This document shows positions 57,843 to 64,000 of a stretch of DNA of 64,000 nt, piece after piece; within the stretch, counting starts at the first letter, position 1, and each line of letters begins with the position of its first letter. Made by a program: the position numbers and the translations under genes. Under the pieces are notes generated by a model. That model was not told the DNA's origin and ran no database searches. It worked only from the letters and a program-made list of their open reading frames with translations. Source of the stretch: Gemmatimonadota bacterium. GTDB lineage: Bacteria; Gemmatimonadota; Gemmatimonadetes; Gemmatimonadales; Gemmatimonadaceae. The stretch covers positions 116,892 through 180,891 of the forward strand of contig JAZJZK010000006.1 in the NCBI GenBank assembly GCA_040389905.1, given 5' to 3'.

Positions 57843-57997
57843 CCAGCTCGAGCGCGAGCTGGAAATTGAGCTGTCAGCTTGAGCGCGAGCTTCAGCGTGA
57901 GCCTTGAGCAATGAGCAACTGAGAGCCGGAGCGTGAGCTCGTGCTCACGCTGTGAACTCAACTCAGCTCCATGGGTGGAAGTGCTCGCTCATGCTCA
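57843..57997. repeat. GAGC-rich dispersed element, copy H
   Basis: Core at 57906-57926 (1 mismatch); orientation flips to GCTCA near 57940. Confidence 0.85.
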
Positions 57998-59104
57998 TCT
58001 CGCAAGGTTGCGACTGAAGAACGGCAGTACATGGTTCTGCATGCGGTCTGCCACCGCACTCACGTGGTCGCCCGGATAGAGCTCGAACGAGTTGGCAATA
58101 CCATAACTGTCGAGCAACCGGTGCAGTTCTGCGGTATCGATGCGCAGGCGATCAGCGTCGCCGACGTCGAGCGCGATTGCGGTGTACCGCCGCAGGTTCG
58201 CGACGTACTGGTCCACCATCGCGAGCGGCGAATTCGCCGCCCAACGAGCGAGCACACTCGGCTGCGCGACACCGTCTTTCGTGGGCAGGTCGAGATAGAA
58301 CGGGGGCGCCTTCGGATTCGGCGACCATGCCGCCGCGGAGGCGAGCGTCGCGCGGGACCCGAAGTCGAGCGTCGCGCTCTCGCCGGCCGCCACCGCAGCC
58401 TCGAGCTTCTTTCCCGCCTCGGCCGACGGCGCGCCGCGTGCGCTCATGCAGCAGGGGCTCATTGCGTAGAAGGATGAAAACACGTCCGGGTGGCGCATCG
58501 CGATACGTACCGTGCCGTATCCGCCCATCGAGTGGCCGGCGATCCCGCGGCTCGCGCGGTTCGCGATCGTGCGGTAGTGCGCGTCGATGTAGTTCACGAG
58601 GTCGTGGGAGATGAAGTCCTCCCAGTTGCCCGTCGTGACCGAGTTCGAGTACATCGAACCGTTGTGCAACGTCTGCGCGTCAGCGAGCACCACGATCATT
58701 TCACGCGTACCCGTGGCGAACGCGCCTTCGATCGTCTGCGGCGTCTTGATCTCCGTCGTCCACTTCTCGTTGTTGATGGAGTATCCGTGCAACGCGTACA
58801 CAACGGGATACCGCTGGGCAGGCGTCTTCGCATAGCCGGGCGGGAGATACACGATCACGCCACGATCCGGAGAATCGCCTTCGAGATTCCCCTCGAGCGA
58901 CGCGCCATGCACCTTGATGCGCTCCACGGTGACGGCTGCCGCGCCGGCCACAGGAGCGGGGATGTTCAGCGCCGGCTTCGCAGGAGCTGGAGTCTGCGCG
59001 ACCGCCAGCGGGGCAACGGCGACGATCAGGAACCCTGCGAGCGCGGAACGAATTCGGGACGGGATCACGGGGACATCCGCTTGTTGAAGATGGATGAGTC
59101 TCAC
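57995..59104 (-). CDS. Putative esterase (CE1-like alpha/beta hydrolase)
   Basis: VYLPPGY, YPVVYALHG, AGHSMGGYG, DVGDAD, GDH. Confidence 0.88.
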   Translation of the reverse strand: MRLIHLQQADVPVIPSRIRSALAGFLIVAVAPLAVAQTPAPAKPALNIPAPVAGAAAVTVERIKVHGASLEGNLEGDSPDRGVIVYLPPGYAKTPAQRYPVVYALHGYSINNEKWTTEIKTPQTIEGAFATGTREMIVVLADAQTLHNGSMYSNSVTTGNWEDFISHDLVNYIDAHYRTIANRASRGIAGHSMGGYGTVRIAMRHPDVFSSFYAMSPCCMSARGAPSAEAGKKLEAAVAAGESATLDFGSRATLASAAAWSPNPKAPPFYLDLPTKDGVAQPSVLARWAANSPLAMVDQYVANLRRYTAIALDVGDADRLRIDTAELHRLLDSYGIANSFELYPGDHVSAVADRMQNHVLPFFSRNLAR

Positions 59105-61068
59105 GCTGGCTGTACGCGCCAGTACAGGAGATATCGTTCGTGCGCCAGCCGGTGCCAGGGCGCCAGCCGGACGGGTTCTGCACTTCCAGCGACTGATGTC
59201 TCGAACGTCATCGATTCACCGCGAACACGACGCACTTTCGCCGCGAGCGCGGACGGTTCGCCGGCGAGCGACGGCACTTCCATCGCAACGGCGTTCAGCA
59301 TGGTGCCCGACGTACGCTCGTTCTTGATGATCTGTGCTTCGGGCGTCACGCCATCACTGCCGAGTTTCCCTGCCAACACGATGGGGCCGTACGCGAATGC
59401 CACGATGTCCGTGGTGCCAGGAAGGAATTCCGTTCGCACGCGCATGGGAAGCATGACACTCACCACATCCCCGGTTCGCCATGTGCGGTCGATGGCGACG
59501 AAGCCATCCGTCTCGACCTTCGACGCCACGGCGCGGCCGTTCACCGAGAGTGCCAGGCGATCACACCAGGCGGGTTTCCGCACGCGAATGGATGCGCGCA
59601 CGGGTCGTGTCGCGGCGATCGTCAGCGTGGTCTTCTCTTCATCGGGAAAGCGCGTCTTCTGCGTGACGGTGAGTCCGCGCTCGCGCCACGTTACCGCCGA
59701 TGGGATGAACAGGTTCACGTACAGCGTGTCGGACGTATGGAAGTAAATGGAGTCGCCGTACTTGGTGTGGTTCTCGATGCCTGTACCGGTGCAGCACCAA
59801 AACGAATCCTCCGGCGTGTGATACAGCCGAACGTATCCGGGACGCGTCGCCTGGAAGTAGGTCATCATCCCCGAATCGGGATCCTGCGAGGCAAGGATGC
59901 CATTGTACAGCGCGCGCTCGTAATAGTCCGCATACGCGGCACTGGGCGATTCCGTGAAGAGCGCTCGGGTGAGCCGCAGCATGTTGTGCGTGCAGCAGGT
60001 CTCCATCGTCTTCGCCGAGTTGAGTCGCTTTGCGAACTCCGTCACGGGGAAGAAGTGTTCGCCGTCGCCATTGCCACCTGTCACGTACGAGCGGCGTGTC
60101 GTCACCGTCGTCCAGAACGACTTCGCGGCCGCGCCATGCGTCGCGTCGCCGGAGAGTTCGTGCACGCGTTGATAGCCAACGAACTTTGGGATTTGCGTAT
60201 TCGAGTGCAGACCGTCCAGCACGTCACGCCCTTCGGCGAGGGGCACGAGGACCTTCTGGTGTGCGAACCGCCGAGCGAGGTCCAGGTATTTCGAGTCGCC
60301 CATGAGTGCCGAGACGTCGGCGAATACTTCCGTCATGCCACCATGTTCCGTGTCGAGCATACGCTGCATCTGCTCGTCGCTCATGGCGCCCGTCGCGTTC
60401 AACGTCCAATCAGAGAGCGCGACGAGCGCGGTCAACGCGTCGGCAGTTCCGGCGCAGACATGCGCATCACGAAGTCCGGCGAAGATCTTGTGCATGGTGT
60501 ACCACGGCACGCCCGAAAAGCGGCGGCCCGCGACGGCGTCGTCAAGCGGCTTGCTGCCGTCGGGAAACGCACACACGAGCCCATCGCCACGCGCGCGCTG
60601 GCACGCTCGCAACTCCGACACGATGTATGTCGCGCGCTGGCCAAAGCGCGCATCATCGGTGGCCGCGAACTGCATCGCGATCGCGGAGAGATAGTGGCCG
60701 AGCGTGTGCCCATGACACCGGATGTCGATCCATGGTTGCTGCGACTCCCAGCCGCCATACACGGGCGCCTTGGGCACCAGTGCGGCGTTCACATGAAAAT
60801 TGTGAAGAAGCCGGTCAGGGTCGAGCGAGAGGAGATACTTGGCGTTGAGTTCCTGCGCGGCACGGAATGGTCCGTCGAGGAGCCGCACATCGCGCAAGCT
60901 GAACGGCGTCGCTCCGGATGCCGCAGGCTCTTCGGCGAAGAGCGCGTGCACGGGAAGCGAAGCTGCCATCGCTCCGGCGCCGAGGAGCGCAAGGAGTTCG
61001 CGGCGCGACAGGCGGCGCTCTGCTCCGTCGCCCGATTCGGTGGGGCGAGACACTTCAAAAGTGGCCAT
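59101..61068 (-). CDS. GH127/GH146-like beta-L-arabinofuranosidase, Tat-exported
   Basis: SRRELL Tat signal; YGGWE, GHTLGHYLSA, PWYTMHK, EHGGM, HSNTQIPK, ETCCTHNML, FWCCTGTG. Confidence 0.92.
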   Translation of the reverse strand: MATFEVSRPTESGDGAERRLSRRELLALLGAGAMAASLPVHALFAEEPAASGATPFSLRDVRLLDGPFRAAQELNAKYLLSLDPDRLLHNFHVNAALVPKAPVYGGWESQQPWIDIRCHGHTLGHYLSAIAMQFAATDDARFGQRATYIVSELRACQRARGDGLVCAFPDGSKPLDDAVAGRRFSGVPWYTMHKIFAGLRDAHVCAGTADALTALVALSDWTLNATGAMSDEQMQRMLDTEHGGMTEVFADVSALMGDSKYLDLARRFAHQKVLVPLAEGRDVLDGLHSNTQIPKFVGYQRVHELSGDATHGAAAKSFWTTVTTRRSYVTGGNGDGEHFFPVTEFAKRLNSAKTMETCCTHNMLRLTRALFTESPSAAYADYYERALYNGILASQDPDSGMMTYFQATRPGYVRLYHTPEDSFWCCTGTGIENHTKYGDSIYFHTSDTLYVNLFIPSAVTWRERGLTVTQKTRFPDEEKTTLTIAATRPVRASIRVRKPAWCDRLALSVNGRAVASKVETDGFVAIDRTWRTGDVVSVMLPMRVRTEFLPGTTDIVAFAYGPIVLAGKLGSDGVTPEAQIIKNERTSGTMLNAVAMEVPSLAGEPSALAAKVRRVRGESMTFETSVAGSAEPVRLAPWHRLAHERYLLYWRVQPA

Positions 61069-61211
61069 GGGTGAGCCACAATAGTTGAAACAACGGAATG
61101 ATGCAACGCGCGTTGCCAGGAGTGAACATTGTGTGATCACTGGCGATCAGCAGATGAATTGGCTACATCGCGATTCGTATCGACAACGGGTACCGCTACT
61201 CCGGGAGTTCC

Positions 61212-63281
61212 ATGCGCAAGCTGATGAAGCCGCTTGTCTTCGCGATGATCGTGTGTGCTGCAAAGGTGCAGTCGCAGGTCATCACAGCGACCATCGACGG
61301 CAGCGCGAAGGGCGCGCCGATCCAACCGCTCATCTACGGTATGTTCGTGGAACATGCCGGCGCACTGCTCGAACAGGGCTTTCGCGCCGAGATGCTGGAC
61401 GATCGCAAGTTCTATTTCGCGGTGGGGCAGCAACCGCCGGCGGGTGGGCGTGGTAACCGTGGTGGTCCGAGACGCACCTGGCAGCCGCTCGCTGCCGATG
61501 GGTCTGTCACCATGGATAGCGCGCATGCGTACGCCTCGGAACATGTCCCGCTCGTGACGCTCGCGGGAGCGGAGCCGCGCGGCATTCGTCAGACCGGCGT
61601 CGCAATCAGGGCTGGCAAGGAGTACACCGGACGAATCGTCGTCGCGGGTGATCCCAGTGCGGTTGTCTCCGTGAGCCTCGTGTGGGGCGATGGCTCGGCG
61701 GGCCGTCAGACCGTGCGCCTCGCTCCCCCCGGCGGCGCATGGACGACGCGCACATTCCGCTTTTCCGCACCCGCTGCGAATAGCGACTCGGCGCGCGTCG
61801 AAATATCCGGCACGGGGCGGGGAAGCTTCCGCGTCGGCGCAGTGTCGCTCATGCCTGCGGACAACGTGAAGGGTTTCCGGCGCGAGATCGTGACCGCGCT
61901 CGCAACGTTGCACTCCGGCGTGTACCGCTTTCCAGGCGGAAACTTCGTCTCGGGGCCCTTCGACTGGCGCGATGCGATCGGCGATCCTGACAAGCGTCCG
62001 CCACGCTGGGACCCGGTATGGAGCGCCCTTCAGCCCAACGACTTTGGGCTCGATGAATTCATGGACCTCTGCCAACTGCTCGACGTGCAACCGTACATCA
62101 CGGTGAACGCCGGCTTCGGTGACGCATGGTCCGCCGCACAGCAGGTGAAGTATGCGAATGGCGCGGTGACGACGCCGATGGGCCGGCTCCGCGCGGCCAA
62201 CGGACATGCAAAACCCTACGGCATCAAGTACTGGGGAATCGGCAACGAGATGTGGGGCGACTGGCAGTACGGCTACATGTCAGTGGACCAGTGGATTTCC
62301 AAGCAAGGCCAGTTTGCGCGTGCGATGCGCAAGGCAGACCGGACGATCACGCTCATTGCGCCTGGCGCAATGCCGGATGCGATGACGGGATCGGGGATGG
62401 CGAAGAAGCTCACCGGAAAAGTCATCGCCGAGGAGATGGGGCCCTCCGACTTCAGTGCGGCACTCCTGTCGCGGAGCATCGATGACTTCGAGATGTTGAG
62501 CCAGCACTTCTATGTCTACGGCGGCACTCACTACGACCTCGAGCAGGGGAAGCAAGTGCCGGATGACCCCAACATTCCACTGGTCGATTGGGCGCGTAAA
62601 CCCGCGAGCATGGTGCGTGTGGAGTACGAGCACTACCAGACGTACATGGACAAGATTCCGGCGATGCGGCGAAAGCACGTGCCCATCGCGCTCGACGAGT
62701 GGGCCTACTCGGGAACGGCGCCGGGCTCGTACAAGCCCGTCCTCGCGTACGCGTGGGGCCTCAATGAACTCTTTCGCCACAGCGACATCTTCGCCATGGG
62801 CGGTTTCACCTTCGCGGGCTCCACACTGAGTGCGTCACGCACGGATGCCGTGTTGAATCCGATCGGGTTGATGTTCGCCCTGTACAGCCAGCACTTCGGT
62901 CGCATCCCACTCGCGGTGAGTGGCAACTCGCCACAACCGGAGCGCACAGGTCGCGTGGGCGCCGAGACGCCCAACGTGAATGCCGGGAGCCCGACCTATC
63001 CGATCGACGTAGCCGCGGCGCTGTCCGAGGATGGGAAGATGTTGACGGTGTCCGTTGTAAATCCCACCGAAAGTGCTCGGCAACTGCAACTCGACGTGCG
63101 CGGGCTCGGTGTCTCGGGGCCCGGCAAGGTCTGGCGCATGGCACCTCCGAGCACCGCGTCGGCGAACCTGGTGGGTCGCGAGCCGCAGGTGCGAGTGGGG
63201 GAATCATCGGCGGACGCTTCTGCTGTGCTCACCATCCCTGCAATCAGCGTGGGCGTCTACGCATTTCCCGTAAAGAAGTAG
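61212..63281 (+). CDS. Alpha-L-arabinofuranosidase (GH51)
   Basis: IYGMFVEH, RFPGGNF, NDFGLDEF, YWGIGNEMWG, ALDEW. Confidence 0.92.
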   Translation: MRKLMKPLVFAMIVCAAKVQSQVITATIDGSAKGAPIQPLIYGMFVEHAGALLEQGFRAEMLDDRKFYFAVGQQPPAGGRGNRGGPRRTWQPLAADGSVTMDSAHAYASEHVPLVTLAGAEPRGIRQTGVAIRAGKEYTGRIVVAGDPSAVVSVSLVWGDGSAGRQTVRLAPPGGAWTTRTFRFSAPAANSDSARVEISGTGRGSFRVGAVSLMPADNVKGFRREIVTALATLHSGVYRFPGGNFVSGPFDWRDAIGDPDKRPPRWDPVWSALQPNDFGLDEFMDLCQLLDVQPYITVNAGFGDAWSAAQQVKYANGAVTTPMGRLRAANGHAKPYGIKYWGIGNEMWGDWQYGYMSVDQWISKQGQFARAMRKADRTITLIAPGAMPDAMTGSGMAKKLTGKVIAEEMGPSDFSAALLSRSIDDFEMLSQHFYVYGGTHYDLEQGKQVPDDPNIPLVDWARKPASMVRVEYEHYQTYMDKIPAMRRKHVPIALDEWAYSGTAPGSYKPVLAYAWGLNELFRHSDIFAMGGFTFAGSTLSASRTDAVLNPIGLMFALYSQHFGRIPLAVSGNSPQPERTGRVGAETPNVNAGSPTYPIDVAAALSEDGKMLTVSVVNPTESARQLQLDVRGLGVSGPGKVWRMAPPSTASANLVGREPQVRVGESSADASAVLTIPAISVGVYAFPVKK

Positions 63282-63305
63282 GGAGAGAGATTCCGGCGCT
63301 GCCGG

Positions 63306-64000
63306 TCAGCTCAGTTCCACATGGATACGCGTGATGCTGCGCGTATCCCGATCCCAGTCTTCAAGTGCACGGCCCGCGTCATCCAGCGAGACACACCGGC
63401 TCACCGCGGCATCAACCGGAAAGGTGCGCCGCTGCAACAGGGTGGTGACTCGCTGGAAGTCCTCCCGTGTTGCGTTGCGCGATCCCAGGATATCGAGCTC
63501 TTTTTTCACGAACTGCGACGTGTCGTACGACACCGGAGCCTTGGCGTATCCGATGTAGACGACGCGCCCAGTGAACGCCGCCGCCTGCACCGACGCGACG
63601 AACGTCTCCGGAATACCGACCGCTTCGATGACGACATCAGCACCATCGCCATTCGTCAACGCCGCAACACGCTCGGAGAGCAGTGCCGGTGCAGTACTGA
63701 GCGTGATGGATGCTCCGGCCCGGCGCGCAATCTCGAGCTTGCCTTCATCGACGTCGACCGCAATGACATTCGCGCCACGTTCACGTGCGCCGGCGATGGC
63801 GCCCAAACCAACGGCTCCACACCCGATCACCACCACCGTGTCACTCGGAAGCACGCGCCCGCGATCGACTGCATGAAACCCGACACTCAATGGTTCGACG
63901 AGCGCCAACTCGCGCCTCGATAGCCCCTGGGCGCTGACGACCTTGTTCCATGGCACGGACAGGAGCTCCGTCATCGCCCCGTCGCGCTGAACACCAAGGG
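63306..64000 (-). CDS. Zinc-binding alcohol/sugar dehydrogenase (5' end outside window)
   Basis: LGVQRDGAMTE, LVEPLSVGFHAV, IGCGAVG, KELDILGSRNA; frame open to window edge. Confidence 0.9.
   Translation of the reverse strand, partial: LGVQRDGAMTELLSVPWNKVVSAQGLSRRELALVEPLSVGFHAVDRGRVLPSDTVVVIGCGAVGLGAIAGARERGANVIAVDVDEGKLEIARRAGASITLSTAPALLSERVAALTNGDGADVVIEAVGIPETFVASVQAAAFTGRVVYIGYAKAPVSYDTSQFVKKELDILGSRNATREDFQRVTTLLQRRTFPVDAAVSRCVSLDDAGRALEDWDRDTRSITRIHVELS

Noticed and set aside
28363..57997. GAGC elements as CRISPR repeats or small coding ORFs (e.g. 28302..28556, 56488..57054)
   Set aside because: Copies are dispersed rather than arrayed; translations are low-complexity ELEL/AQAQ by-products

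Overview
High-GC bacterial chromosomal segment; gene content and style suggest Gemmatimonadota (inference only). About 52 intact CDSs plus 3 collapsed pseudogenes. Modules, left to right: an orphan helical protein beside a ~650-bp degenerate 21-bp-period array; an ECF sigma factor with a membrane-domain/alpha-beta hydrolase fusion; an osmotic-stress block (MarR, Pal, membrane-anchored OtsA, OtsB, GH15, ClC channel, TPR protein); a wHTH/DUF5985x2/DUF389 operon; a TonB receptor-Fn3/beta-helix lipoprotein-PstS unit and a three-GT4/DUF2334/PAP2/MCP operon, both with Pho-box-like 11-bp-spaced repeats; TrmH-PilD-metalloprotease; several peptidases and hydrolases; and a hemicellulose cluster (GH67, esterase, GH127, GH51, Zn-dehydrogenase). 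The most unusual signal is a dispersed family of strand-biased (T)GAGCN low-complexity elements sharing the 21-bp core GAGCAATGAGCAACTCAGAGC (8 copies with 0-3 mismatches, 28.4-58.0 kb). These often start at gene stop codons, bracket a four-helix-bundle (Avd/23S-IVP-like) gene, and in one case host a nested MITE-like element with a REP-like hairpin. No rRNA, tRNA, CRISPR array, transposase or reverse transcriptase was recognised. All product calls come from motif recognition, not database searches; start codons are estimates.
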